Assembly (NCBI RefSeq): GCF_006345805.1
Contig: NC_043003.1
Span: 5,270,001 to 5,334,000 of the forward strand
Origin: Octopus sinensis
Lineage: Eukaryota
Direction of reading: 5' to 3'
Length of the DNA stretch: 64,000 nucleotides
Positions 13,252 to 27,499 of the stretch are shown here, in pieces. The notes under the pieces are model-generated. The model did no database searches, was not told the origin of the DNA, and worked only from the letters and a program-made list of their open reading frames with translations. A program made the translations under genes and the position numbers. Every line of letters starts with the position of its first letter. The first letter of the stretch is position 1.

Positions 13252-13654
13252 GTAAAATCTAAAGGTATTTACGGGTAGATTGTATGTGGTAATTAATTAC
13301 GGGTAGATTTTGTAGGGTATTTATTGCTGGATAGATTTTGAAGGAGCTAATCAATATCAAAATAGTCATAAATAGATCTGAGTGATATCTAGAGCGGCGA
13401 AACACGTGAATCACACGTATTGCGATGTGTATGTCACTGCATATCCGCAAGTGTGTTATAATTGAAGGGGCGCTGATCGAGGAAAGAGATGGCCGAGTGG
13501 TTTGATATGTTCAGCCTGCATTTAGAAAAATCTGAGTTCGCTTTCACTCAGCAATATTTGAGACTTCTTTTTTTTTTTCTACCAGAAACTCTACAAAAAC
13601 GCTTTGCAGAGATAGAATTTGTATTTTCAAAGGTCCGGCGAAACCTTTGAAATA

Positions 13655-15595
13655 GACGTGTGCTATACCGAACAGGTCTGTCCGAGACAACCTCCACCTC
13701 ACGTTCTACGTCATAGAGAGGGTAGGCAAGGAACATGCCATAGGTGGGGCTCTGATCAATTTGGATCAATCAAAAGCTTTTGACACAGTCGACCATCAAT
13801 ACTTGAAGGTTGTCCTCACAGCGGCTGGTTTCGATCCTGTTTTCAGACGCTGGATCGCTGCAATGTATAGCTGCATCCGTTCGGTGATCAAAGTAAACGG
13901 CCTTGTATGGGCATCGCTCGGTCCGTCAAGGATGCCCACTCTCTTCCCTTCTATACGTGCTGGCTCTCGAGTCATTACTAAGGAAGTTGGATATTTCGAG
14001 GGGCATCCCGCGTGATCTAGGGTGCAGAAGGCCCGTGTCGGCTTATGCGGACGACGTCACCGTAATAGTGTCGATCAGTTTGGAAATCGAGGTGGACATC
14101 TCCATCATAAGGAAGTACGAAGCGCTGACAGGAGCAAAAATTAATCAGAAAAAGTTGGTGGGCCTGCAGCTCGGCACATGGAGAGGCAGGTCTATGCCAG
14201 CCGACAGCGTTGCAGGGTGCTGAACGGAAGGACCGACTAAATTGCTCGGGATTTGTTTTGATTCGGACCTCCAGTCGGACAGTAACTCTGTGGGGGAAAT
14301 GACGAGCAGGGTAGACAATCTAACCAAGAAATGGTCAGAGATAAAGTTGTCCTTGAAAGGTCGGGCAGAGGTGGCGAATGCGTACATCATTTACGTCATC
14401 TATTAAGGGCTGACCGTCGTACCTTGCCCTGCTTCATGGCCGACCCAGCTGGGGCGCTTTCTTTTCTGCTTTCTGTGAAGGGAAGTTTTCCGCTCGTGAG
14501 ACGGTCCATCTGCTGTCAACAACCACTGAGTGGAGGACTGGGCATTCCATGGTTAATGAAATCACAGACACACACTGACGCTACACCATCTCCAGCATTT
14601 TCTTAACGGGGAACAGGTGAGGTCACCGTTTGTCAAGCAGGATTTCCCGCAGCTCGTCTCATTGACGGAGCTACAGTCCTGGTTCGACAAGAAACGAAGT
14701 TTGGCATATGGTCGTTGGATGTTCCACTATGGAGTTCTATGGGGTTTTCGTGACGGGCAAGGGCGATGATGTCCTGGGGGGAAAACTGTAGGCGTTGGGA
14801 GGGACCAATTAACCGGTCTTTTCCGGAGGATTTTCGAGCCAAGGTCTATGAATAACTTCCAGAAATCCCTGACCTGGCAGTGCTACCGCGCAGTTCTGTC
14901 GGTTTGAGGAAGCTCTACAGACACGGAAGTGCTATCAGACAGACTTGTCCGAGATGTGCGCATGGCTACGAAACTGTCCTGTACGCACTCGTCCAGTGTC
15001 CGTGCGTTATTGACTTGTGGAGCTGCTATCGTGTGTAGGACGAATCCGGTTATCAGCCGAGTCCATCGGGAAGATCGCCACTCCACGTTCCTTTGGTTGG
15101 GGAGGAAAGCTAGTTTTCCTCTGTCTGTGGCGAAGGAGCTAGTGTGGTGGACGAGACCGAAAGTACTGAAGATAGACACTTCCTTCTTCGGCCAAGCCCT
15201 CATCGACCGTTTCAAGTTCGACTTGAAAAGGAAAGGGAGGGTAGAGAGGGAAGTTCTGCTCCCCAGTAAATTTGTTGAAAAGTAGGTTCATGTGGCGAGG
15301 ATGGCCTGTGTGAATAGGCCTACGCTGAACTTTTGTTTGTAAACCGGAGGAGTTGAGAAGTGGAGAGACACCTGCTTAGGTGCATCTGGTGGTCGGGTTA
15401 ACCAGGTTGTGTGGGGTTCTGCAGTTGTCCCTATGAAGAACACCCACAGTTTGGGGAATTTTTATTGTTAAATTGTTTTGCTATTTTGTTTGTTATTGTT
15501 ATTACACACGGCATTGTTCAGAACCCCACTTGCCCCTTGTATTGTATTGTTCATATTTTCTTTGTGTTCGCCCCCTTGAGGCCAATAAAAGAAAG
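13655..15595 (+). mobile_element. L1/Tx1-clade non-LTR retrotransposon, 5'-truncated, frameshifted
   Basis: RT motifs DQSKAFDTVDH, VRQGCPLS, AYADDVTV; C-terminal zinc knuckle TCPRC..ETV..ALVQCP; 3' UTR ending aataaaagaaa. Confidence 0.9.
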
Positions 15596-16216
15596 TATTA
15601 TTATTGTTGTCATTCTTATTGCTATTATTATTATTGTTGTTATTATTATTAGCATTGTTATATGGTTATTAAATCACATAGATGGATAACTACACTGCAA
15701 GTTCAGTGTTCTCGTGTCGGAGACTTATTCTGATCGCTCAGTCATTTGAATGTGTTATTTTCTGTTACTAACAGGAGATTTGTGAATATAATTAGAATCC
15801 TGTATGTCACACAGGCTTGCATGTGTAAATCTGCAATCCTTTGATCAGCTACCACAGATAATCGACCGCAAATAAACCATTTCTTCCCCTCACACACACA
15901 CACGCACAAAAAGAAAAAAAAAGAAAAAACTTAGGGATAAGGCAGGGAATAATTAATAAACCATAATAATCCCCATTCTAACCAAAACATTGTTCTATCT
16001 TGCTACTATGCACCAATATAGGCATTGATGGAATTCTTCAATAGGAACCAATTCACAGCAGTAACATATTTCCATATGTCACCGCAAGCAACCGGTCTTT
16101 TCATGCATCAATGCAACTAACCGATGTAGAACAGGTTTTAACTGGGAAACGTAAATGAATGGTCGTCTGCCGCAGTTGATGCGCACATATACACAGTGTC
16201 TATGAATCCATGCATA

Positions 16217-16263
<47 letters not shown>

Positions 16264-16270
16264 TATATAT

Positions 16271-16304
<34 letters not shown>

Positions 16305-16406
16305 GATATATGCATAATACATATATATATATATATAGATAGATATATGCATAATACATATATATATATATATATATACGTACATACATATATTATATAA
16401 CTATGT

Positions 16407-16480
<74 letters not shown>

Positions 16481-17246
16481 ATGCTTATGCACATATGTAA
16501 GTATGTGAACATGTATATTAGTATGTATGTTTTGTAGGTCTGTCGGTTGTTATATCAGTATATACATGCACATAAGTATGTAAATATGTTCGTGTTTAAG
16601 ACTGCTTGCAGACTTGTATGTCTGTAGGTACGCATCTATCTATGTATACAAATATGTGTACTGTATGTATATATATATATGTGTGTGTGCATAGATATGC
16701 AAACATTTACATTAATATGTTCTGTATAAGACTGCATTTGTGCATGTCTGTATCCTCTATGTATATACGTAGGTGTATGCAGTACATGTCTAAGTATGTA
16801 TGAATGTGCGTATATATGTGTGCTTATACAGTCTGTATGCGTATGTTTGTGTCTGTGTGTGTGTGTGTGTGTGGCTATGCGTCTTGATAATGCTAATAGT
16901 GACGTATGAGATTTCTGCTTGGACACCGAAATGTGTGACCTAATTCTATGCCTCGTGCAGGTATTTCTAAGTGCGAGTCTGCGAGTGTATATGGTTCTCT
17001 TTCTCCCCCTCCCTCGGTGTATATATATATGTGCATAAATATGTGTAAATGGGGAGAGGGTGAGGCGAAGAGAGAAAGAAAGACAAATAGAGAGAATAGA
17101 CAGCAAGTTGATGTGCATGTATGGGTGTATATGCATATATATGCATGCATATATATATATACATACACACACACACTTATAAATATGTATATTCATACAT
17201 ACATATATATATATATATATACATACACTTATAAATATATACATTC

Positions 17247-17281
<35 letters not shown>

Positions 17282-17339
17282 CACTTATAAATATATACAT
17301 ACATATATATATATACATACACTTAGAAATATATACATT

Positions 17340-17406
<67 letters not shown>

Positions 17407-17531
17407 ACAGACACACACACACACTTACACATACACATTTTCTATATTTACAGAAGGAGACAGACAGAAATAGATATATAGATGTACAAATATATAGATT
17501 TATATCTATATATACATACATCATATATATA

Positions 17532-17593
<62 letters not shown>

Positions 17594-19415
17594 TGAGAGA
17601 GAGAGATAGAGATACTGCTGCTGCTGTTTTTACCTAATCTTTTACCTAAGTTAGTTTTGTTAATTATAAAATGTCGGAGCAGTGAAGTGTAAACTCTTTG
17701 ATGTGGTTCATTTGAAGATATTGTATCTTTATTGCTAAATAAGTTGATATACGATTTGCAGAACGAAGCTTCGAAGTAGCATTAAAATTAATTGAATTTC
17801 ATAGAGTGATTAATAGTAGTGCTGTGGCACCGCCGAACACTGGGTTTTTAGATTCTTTTCATTGTTTATCTCGTAAATACGTTTTGTTTCTTCTGTACAT
17901 ATTGTTATTGTTTATGTGGTCTACCAAAGCTAGCTGTGACATGGACGACGCATTTCAGCCCTGACATCCCTGTCTTGTTTTAACTGTGATATATCCAGAA
18001 CTGAATTATTCAATGCGACTCGTTTTTGAGAAGCAAAGAGAGTGGCATGAAGATTTGGCAGGCATTTCATACCGAAGAATTAATTCTATAAAGAATCAAT
18101 TCTGACCTTGTACTGTCGCTGTCTTTGTTCTGATGTTGTTAGCATTGGTGTTGTTGTTGCTGATCTTCAGTAAGTTTCTTTTTTGAACAGCCTTGTTCGT
18201 GTTGTCAAAGATATTCCAGTCGTATATAAACGTATTTAGCAATAAAGGTCTCTTTCTCTCGCCCTCTCTCTCTCACACACACACACACGGAACGTATAAT
18301 CCAACGTGGTGCTGTTTTAAGCCGTGATTTCTAGCGGAATCTATGCACATTCATAAATTCCGCGAAGGTGTGCATATGTTGAATGAAAGTTTTCTTCAAG
18401 TCATTGACATCGAATCCTGCATAATTATTTACGATACCATCAAGTATATTAAGGGTCACCTATTAATACACTTTTAAGAAACCAAAATCCCATCAAGTGA
18501 CAGGAAAGTGGATTGCTTTCGTCAGGAGCAAGTGGGCGCCTGGAGGAAATCTTGTTTAGTTGTATAACTTTTTTTGTTGCCGGGGAGTGATTGCGATGTC
18601 GGAGCGATATTCTTTAGGCAAGTGAGACTAATTGTGACATTATGCGCATTAAAACGTGTATGACATACGAATTTGGCTGAAACTTTAGTTCCTGTTGGTA
18701 TTATAGATTAACTGTTAAACATATTGTGACGAAAATGCCAGGATGCAAAGTTATGAATTCCTAGAGCTGAAGAGATTTCATCAGACATACAGGTTTTTTC
18801 TATCTGAATGATGGGACAGTCTTGTTCAACAATGTCGTTTATAATTATATTGTTCCTTTTGTAAGGCTAATAATTTAAATTAAAAATTAAATAAAACATT
18901 TAAAGATGAAATTCCAAATGAATCTCCCAAAAACCGTAACGGCAACAAAATGAATCGCTTCATAAAACTAATTCAGTAAAATAAAGGTGAGTCAGGAGAC
19001 ACAAAGAAATCTTTTAGTCAGACTGGTTCCAGCTAGTTGAATTTGTCAATGGTATAGCATCACCAGGAGAGCAATTACAAGCAACGTCACACAAACACAC
19101 ACACACACAGAAACATACTAATCAATAATGAAATCATAAATTCACAAAATAAAATTATGTAAAATTAGAAATATAATTCTTGATAAAAAAGAAATTGTAA
19201 CAGTTTGTTTTCACTTCTTAAAAAAGCGAAACATATACAAATGCGTAAACATTTAAATATATATTTTGTTAAGTATTTAAATTTTTATCTTGTGTTGTAA
19301 TACATCATAAAAGTGGTGTCCATTCTTTAGAAAAAGATACACGTTGGCAGCAGCAAAATAACGCAATAATCATTCTTGTTTATTTAATAATAATTTTATA
19401 TGACACACAAAAGGA

Positions 19416-19798
19416 GGAAGCACTCCGTCGGTTACGACGATGAGGGTTCCGGTTGATCCGAGTCAACGGAACAGCCTGCTCGTGAAATTAACGTGTAAGT
19501 GGCTGAGCACTCCACAGACACGTGCACCCTTAACGTAGTTCTCGGGGATATTCAGCGTGACACAGAGAGTGACAAGGCTGGCCCCTTGAAATACAGGTAC
19601 AACAGAAACAGGAAGTAAGAGTGAGAGAAAGTTGTAATGAAAGAGTACAGCAGGGATCACCACCATCCCCTGCCGGAGACTCGTGGAGCTTGTAGGTGTT
19701 TTCGCTCAATAAACACTCACAACGCCCGTTCTGGGAATCGAAACCGCGATCCTATGACCGCGAGTTCGCTGCCCTAACCACTGGGCCATTGCGCCTCC
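19416..19798 (-). mobile_element. tRNA-derived SINE, head A plus tail X, well preserved
   Basis: ggaggcgcaatggcccagtggttagggcagc...gtttcgattcccag; tail ends cgtcgtaaccgacggagtgcttcc. Confidence 0.9.
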
Positions 19799-19938
19799 AG
19801 GCACACAAAAACAATGTTCTGTCAAGCTGAAAGAGAAAATCATTGCAAAAGAATACTGTATAATTATCGGTTCTAAATAGGATTAAGACCTCAACATACA
19901 CAGGGAGGAAAAATAGAGACTAATATATAGAAACTTAC

Positions 19939-19999
19939 CTTTGATTTTGTCAGTGAATGCGATAAAGAGAACAAGGAATAGATAGGAAGGCGTACACAT
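19939..19999 (-). CDS. Candidate signal-peptide-encoding first coding exon
   Basis: ATG...MCTPSYLFLVLFIAFTDKIK(G), then strong donor aag|gtaagt, phase 1; a strong acceptor (ttttcttctactttcag) lies upstream at ~20279. Confidence 0.4.
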
Positions 20000-20700
20000 C
20001 GCTGATGGTGGAGGTGGTAGGAGCAGTAGTAGTAATAGTTATTGTTGTTGTAACTGAGATTGTTGTTTTCTACGTCCAAATTTACTGGCAATTTCCTAAT
20101 TCAACTCAGATCTCTGCATTTAAATTGAGGCTTAATTAGTTTATGTCATTAAGAATATCAATTGTAATGGTCGTAACATCGACGATGGCGTTAAGGTTAA
20201 TTGAAGGAACATCCGATCACCTTCGTATATGCTACGATGACACTTGTAAAGGTATCTGTTTTCACTCTGGTTCACGCCCTGAAAGTAGAAGAAAAAGGGA
20301 ATAATATTAGTTAAAGCTAACCTCACTAATACACACATACACGTATCGAGAGAGTGAAAGAGAGAGACATATATAGATACATGTATAGATTCATATATAG
20401 TTTCATGCATACAAGTAAGCTCACTCGTGGTAAGCATTAAAGCTGCAAACCAGCTATCAGGTTAAACAGTAATAAAACTCAGAAGATATTTAACTTAACT
20501 ATGCTCCTGAAAAATTAAGAAAACCCTCGCAGTAATATTACTACTATAGCGTGCATAATAATCATTTAATGTCAGGTGAAGTGAGAGGCAAAATAGCATT
20601 AAAGTCTGAAACCTCACATCCGTTCTCAATGATGGAACGGCTGTAACCATAAAGAATTTTTCAAGTTACTTTTTACTTCTCCTAGGCTATACTTATGATT

Positions 20701-20755
<55 letters not shown>

Positions 20756-21749
20756 ATGTGTGTATGTATATATTACATATCATAAATGAGTACATACATT
20801 CATATTCACGCGTACATTCATACGCACGAACACACGCGCACTCTGAAGCCTAAATAAGTGTCAAAAACCAGTGCGGGAAGAACAAGTGTTAAAAAAGCAA
20901 AGGTGCACATTCGATGGTTTGGATGATATTCTTCCAAAATAATAATAATAATAAATAATAATAATAATATAAAAGAGTAATCGGCTGGTAACAAATGAAC
21001 GAGCGGAAACGAAATGGAGAGAAACACGTGATAAAACGTTAATGTGGTGAAATGTAATCTTATGAAGTGTTGTCAGAAATGGCGGTGTGGACCAGCGTGT
21101 AGGTGTTGTGTTGGAGCATATCGGAATTTTATTGTTGGTGTAGAGGTGGGTAAGCGGTTGAATCGTTAGGACGTCAAGAAAACTATCTTGATCGATTTGT
21201 GCCGCTTCGAATGCAACTTTGAGTTTCATTTTCTTATCCGTCAAGTAGTGAGTAAGATTCAACAGAAAGTCCCCTTCCCCTCATATTTCTGGACTCGTGA
21301 CTCTCTGTTAACAAATTTTGGTTGTTTCAGTTGAAAATGAATAAACAATCAAGTCTGGTCAGATGGACATGGTCCACCACAAATGATTATAATATAAATG
21401 CTGGAAAATTCATGACATTCACGGAAATTGATGTACAAATGAGATTGTTGTTTGAAGAATTATCGTAATTGTGTGATGAATATTTTAATACGTTAAACAT
21501 CTCTGTCATTGTTCTCGTTGCAAGAAATAACGAGACTCATCAAAGATTGATTATATATTTAGAAATGTATTCCTTCGGTTAATTTGTCAAATCACTTAAT
21601 AAATTTTCCGCATTCTTGGAGAAATCTACTGAGTTGCATTTGTTTAAATATTGAGAAATATCTACCTAGCTGTTTACTGGCTTGTCTTTCATTTATTCCA
21701 AGAATTCAGAAATATTGGCTCCTCTTGTTTCTGCTTTCGATACTAACTC

Positions 21750-22930
21750 TCAGGCTGAGTAAAAAGTTAGCAATGTTTTGAAACATGAAATTCATCACAA
21801 TATATTTCAACAATGCAGAAATTTTCTTCATCAAAGTAAGTACCATTTTTGCCAACGAGTTACAAGTTTCTTTATTCTGGTAACATAAAAATCTGGAGTT
21901 CTGGAGCTGATGAACTCTTTGAAGGGGTATTCAACAAGAAAAAGGTCTGCAGAATAAGCTGGATGGAGAAAAACTTCGTTGTCAAGTTCCATCAAATTCT
22001 GGAGCGTCATTAGTGAAACGTGTGGTCGAGCATTGTCATGTAGAATGATTGGTCCTCCTCCGTTGACCAGTCTGAGACGGAGAAGTAGCCGTTTTTAGTT
22101 CATTTTAGCAATTTCATGGCAATATGTTTCTGCTGTAATGGTTTTTTGTCTAATTTAAAAGGAGCTATAGTGGATGAGTCCAGCAGTACACCACAAAAGA
22201 GTTACCATCAACTTCTTTTTGAAGAGCTCGGATTTAGGGAAGGTTTCCGATGCTTCTTTTTGGTCCAACCTCTGCGAAGACCGTTTTTTTTTTTATTATT
22301 GTACAGAATCCACTTTGCATCTCAAGTTACAATGCGGTCGAGAAATGAATCAGTCTGTTTACGGAGAAGAAGCGATGAGCATATTTCATATCTGTGCATT
22401 TTCTGAATTCCATTCAAATCGTGTGGTACGCATTTGTCCGAGGATTTTGATTTTCCAATCGCATGCAAATTGTTGCAGGCAGTTGTTTTGGCTAACTTGA
22501 AGTTCTTTCGCCAGTTCTCCAGTGGTTTTACGTGGGTCTTTCTCAAAGACGATCTTCAATTGACTGTCATCGATGTCAGATGAGCATCCACTACGTTCAC
22601 GATCTTCAAAGCTTGGGTCTCCATTTTCGAGCTGACCACTCACTGGTCATTTCTTCACCAAACGTTTTGTTGATATCGCGAGCACTTTCAGCTGCTTTAC
22701 GTTCTTTTTAAAGTTGAATTTCAAAATTGCTCCAATATCGAGCTTTGACAGTTCCATTTGAGATGATGGTAACAACGTTCAAAACATCAATGTTAAATTA
22801 TTGGCGCATTTGGGCAAGTCTGTATTATGAGACAATTTCAAAAAAATATTTTTTAAAAGTTCAAAACTCTAGAAAATCCGGCCCAAATTCTTCATGGCTG
22901 AAAATGTTGCTTACTTTTTACTCAACCTGA
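21750..22930 (-). mobile_element. Mariner (DD34D-type) transposon, near full length, decayed transposase
   Basis: ~30-bp TIRs tcaggytgagtaaaaagtwagcaa; motifs CVPHDL (WVPHEL), DRIVT, ILHDNARPH, HPAYSADL (YSPDL); many stops and frameshifts. Confidence 0.92.
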
Positions 22931-23790
22931 TATATAGATTAATTTGATGTTAAGTAATCACTGTTGTAATAAATTCCGTTGTGTATTTATATATTTTCTT
23001 TCACGTATAAAGAAATAATTCCGTTTCTTAGGTAAATTTTCATTTTATTTATTATTAATGTAAATACTGGACTGACTCATCGATGCAGAATTGTTTGCAG
23101 CAAGTCTACTTCAAAAACACACACAGGTTTCTATATTTCAACTTTATTTATTATAATTTTCACTACATTTAAATCAAACAAAACTTATTTACTGTCATTA
23201 TTGATCGTACAGATATTCTTGTCTATTTACTAATTTACTTAACAGCGCTATTCGATACTATTTAGACACTTATTATGCAGGAGGTATATCACAACGATGT
23301 TCTATGCGCGACCGTCCAATTTGATTCATACCTTTGGTGATTTACATGGTGGCGTGCGACCATATTTTTTAAAATTCAGTGTTAATATTTGTTGGGTGGT
23401 TAGCTGATATTTCTTCGACATTGATATCCTAACGTAGAGGTTCTACCTCATGCGGTGACAGAGACATGCAAATATTATTGGTTCAGTCTCGTACTATGGA
23501 TTTGAGTGTTTCAAATTGTTACGAGATATTATTTCTTCTTCAATTAGAATCCAGGTATCATCAGCTCAGTATTAAGTATTATCAGAATGAATATTTTAAG
23601 CTGTACCCTTGTGCATGATCTTGGTTATTGTTGTTGTTGTGTTTGTTTAACTCTAGGACATGAACACGAAATCTCTAAGATTAACAATCAATTTATCATA
23701 CCGTAACAATTAGCAACATCAATAATTGTTGTCTGAGCGTAAATATAATATTGACTTAGGTTATCATTAACAAAATTATTTTTAAATGTT

Positions 23791-23941
23791 GGGCTGTGTG
23801 GTAAGTAGCTTACTTACGAACCACATGGTTCCGAGTTCAGTCCCACTGCGTGCACCTTGGGCAAGTGTCTTCTACTCGGGCTGACCAAGGCCTTGTGAGT
23901 GGATTTGGCTGATAGAAACTGAAAGAAGCCCGTCGTATATA

Positions 23942-24017
<76 letters not shown>

Positions 24018-24258
24018 GTGTATATGTGTGTATGTGTGTGTGTGTGCGTGTGTGTATATGTTTGTGTCTGTGTTTGTCCCCCAACATCGATTGACAACCG
24101 ATGCTGGTGTATTTAAGTCCCCGTAAATTAGCGGTTCGGCAAAAGGGACTGAAAGAATAATTACTAGGTTTACAAAGAATAAGTCCTGGGGTCGATTTGT
24201 TCGATTAAAAGCGGTGCTCCAGCATGGCCACAGCCAAATGATTCAAACAAGTAAAAGA
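23791..24258 (+). mobile_element. SINE S1, full length, with internal (TA)(TG) microsatellite
   Basis: Colinear with 37324-37717. Confidence 0.92.
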
Positions 24259-24560
24259 GATTATTTTGTTAAGATGATTTCTTCAGATATACTATAGAAC
24301 TTATAAGCAGCCCCGATTTTTGCTACAACTTTTCGTATCGAAGCGTCAGATGTAAACAGACAACGTGATGGAAAACAAAGTTGCGTAAACATTGTATGTG
24401 CTATATTTCGCGGGGTTGTTACCCCTTCTTCAACACTCGTCTAACCCATTGTTGCCTGCGAACGCCTTGCATATATAGCCACCGAACACAGCGGTGGTAA
24501 GTTATTGAATATACTAATTTATATATGAGATGAATTCATGGGGCTGATATTAAAGCATTA

Positions 24561-24634
24561 AGGATTTGTAGGGACGTGGTACTTCGTTGTGCAAACGCGT
24601 TTGCATGACGAAGTACCACGTGCCTACAAATCTT
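24561..24634. repeat. 74-bp loopless near-perfect palindrome
   Basis: aggatttgtagggacgtggtacttcgttgtgcaaacg|cgtttgcatgacgaagtaccacgtgcctacaaatctt; 33/37 Watson-Crick pairs, 3 G-T, 1 mismatch. Confidence 0.9.
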
Positions 24635-25452
24635 TTATGTTGATATTGTTTTAAATGTCATTGATGGAATTGTCGCTGTCGTTGTAAGTGTTGCAATCGA
24701 ACTCATTGGTGTTTAGCTGATTTTATCAGTTACTGATGATGAAAACTGTTCCACAGCTTCCTTACAGTTTTTCTTTATTCAACACAACATCTTTCCACAT
24801 ACGCTTAGTTTTTTTTTATTATCATATGTACTGCTGGATTTGAAAAAGATTTAGCTGTTGTTTCTAGTTTGCCGCGTGGCGGAAGGCCTCATTCACGGAT
24901 CATGAATATCTTACAGATATGCAGTGACGTCAGGAATATAACTAGATATAGATGTGGATCTTATACTCAAAAGGAATCACAAATGTTGTTATCAATATCT
25001 CCGTAAGGAGGGTACCACACGATTTGAATAAAAATCTTAAGGGGTACCATACGATTTGAATGAAAATCTTCAGAGGGGTTTCTTGATTTATGGAGGCAGA
25101 GAGAGATTTCTGGAAATTGGAGGCCTGATTCGACTGTTGGGAACAGAGTGCACTCCAATAGTGATAGTCAGGTAGAGGTGTTAAATTGGGGAATGGATTA
25201 ACTCTACAATAATGATTCTAATTAAAGAATTGGAGAAATAAGAGATCCAAGAGTATTATCGGTTGTGATTTTAAGAGGATATTTTAGGTGTATTAACTGT
25301 AAATACAGTATGTCAACGAAATAAGAAAGCTTTCCTTTCCATTTTCGAATCCTTTAAACAAAGTTGATGATTTATAAAGTAAACAAGACTCGACAGTAAG
25401 AATGAGATTAAAATGTAATTATGGCGATAAAATTGAGATATTTTCACAACTA

Positions 25453-25670
25453 GGCGGAGAGCTGGCAAAATCGTTAGTACACCGGGCGAAATGCTTAGCG
25501 GTATTTCGTCTGTCGCTACGTTCTGAGTTCAAATTCCGCCGAGGCCGACTTTGATTTTTATCCTTTCGGTGTCGAAAAATTATACCAGTTCTGGGTTGAT
25601 AATCGACTGCCTCCCCCCACCCCACCCCCCAAAAAAATTCGGGCCTTCTGTCTAAACTAGAAAAGATTAT
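25453..25670 (+). mobile_element. SINE S2 monomer
   Basis: ggcggagagctggcaaaatcgttag...gagttcaaattccgccgagg...ttcgggcctt...agaaaagatt. Confidence 0.88.
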
Positions 25671-25955
25671 CTTCGCAACTACATAGGTTCCCAAGTTGTT
25701 GCACGTTTGGGAAGTTGTCTAGATTAACCTCTGGCCAATAAAAGATTTATGAGAGAAATTTCATAGGAAACAACTGCGAGAATATACACTATAGAGAACA
25801 CTCCTGCCCTCGAGCGAAACAATTCACCTGTCGCCATTTCAACACCAAAATCTGGCTGTTGTTTTTCTTTCGTGGAATCTGTTCTGTTGCAAGTATTTCG
25901 GCAACACTGTGTCTAAGGGGAAATTCCGCCTATGACTCTATGAAAAGAACATAAA

Positions 25956-25999
<44 letters not shown>

Positions 26000-26689
26000 A
26001 AGCATCATACGGCGTTGATGCACTGAAAATTATAGTATTGACGACGAGTAAATGCCAATTGCTCATTGAACGGTTGCTCCAGTTTTAGAGTTATAGATTA
26101 TTGACTTGTGTAAATTTAGAAAAATTCATTGAATATCACGTCAAACCAAAAATAGTTTAAATTATACATTACTAAATAATTATTTATGAGTATAGATAAA
26201 ACGAAATGATAAGTGGCAACGAAATTGAAATATTTATATTTAATTCTGAAAGAATTTATATCGCAATTGAGTCCAATCTCTGAGTGTAAAAGTGTGCTTG
26301 CTTCTGTGAGTGTGTGCGTTTGTGTGTGTGTGTGCGGGGCATGTGGGTGTAGAATATTTTACTGGATCCTACTTGTATATTTTCGTCTGCCATTCCAATC
26401 AATTCTCTCTATAAATTTTTGTCCGCTTCCTCAGAATTTTACGAATAATATACGCCGAGATATGAATATTAGTTCCTTTTGCTTAGTTCTTCAAGACACA
26501 ATGTTTCGATCGTGACACCCTCAGTGGTTCTTCACGTCTAACAGTTTTCACCAAAATTCTAAGAATTTCGACCAGAACTAAGCAGTACGCGTAGTAGATT
26601 ACCAACTGCCGTTTCTGTCGTTGTCGCAATGAGTTAAATCACAGAGATAGACTCTCTCTATCCCTCTATGTCTCTCCTCTCTCATCCTT

Positions 26690-26914
26690 CGATATATATA
26701 TATATATTATATATATATATATTATATATATAGAGTATATATATATACATATATAATAAATATATATATATATATATACATATATACATATATATATATA
26801 TATATCATATATTATAATATATACATATATATATAATATACATATATTATATATATATATATATACAATATATATATAAATATATATATATACATTCTAT
26901 ATAGATATATATAC

Positions 26915-26947
<33 letters not shown>

Positions 26948-27123
26948 CATATATATATATATTATATCCATATATATATATCTATAACTATATATATATA
27001 TATCATATATATCTATATATATATATATATAATATAATATACATATATATATATATATACATACCTATATATATCTACATATATATCTCTATATATATAT
27101 ATCTATATCTATATCTATATATA
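26690..27123. repeat. Degenerate (TA)n tract abutting the PLE 3' end
   Basis: Directly visible. Confidence 0.95.
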
Positions 27124-27295
27124 GATAAGAAGTTTGTTTTGTAAAGCACGTGGGTGAATATATAAGAAAATAGTAAAGTGTGAAAAAACGACAGAAGGTT
27201 AAATGTTATAAAATATATATATTTGTGTCAAAATGTCTGGAGAATATTGAAAAATTGTTTTCCTTTCCTTAAAAGACATAAGTTAAAAATTTTAA

Positions 27296-27334
27296 AAGAA
27301 ATTACCGGTTTCGCGTGTACTTTTCAAATTTCTT
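27296..27334 (-). ncRNA. PLE terminal minimal hammerhead, U3:A8 variant (left arm)
   Basis: aagaaat TTGAAAA gtacacgc GAA ACCGGT A atttctt: 7-bp stem I, palindromic stem III, GUA cleavage triplet. Confidence 0.75.
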
Positions 27335-27499
27335 GTGACGTTATGTATATTGTATGGAATTATCGTTGTTTTTATTTCCAGGAGATTTCTAAATAAGGGG
27401 AGGTAGTGAGTGATTTTTTCCGGTGTAGGGGAGATAATCGCTTACAAAATTTTTTTTTTTTTTTTTTTTTTTTCCCATTTCCTTGTTAATTTCTCTGTG

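Noticed and set aside
19720-19798. tRNA-like sequences with A/B boxes (also 7330-7408, 37324-37400, 40700-40781)
   Set aside because: They are SINE heads fused to SINE bodies, with no complete cloverleaf or Pol III terminator.
20861-21262. 133-aa minus-strand ORF
   Set aside because: No ATG context or splice signals, a low-complexity end and no known motif.
26494-26539. HHR-like agac GTGAAGA...GAAAC att GT gtct on the minus strand
   Set aside because: G at position 3, no convincing stem II, missing cleavage nucleotide; possibly a dead relic, not counted.
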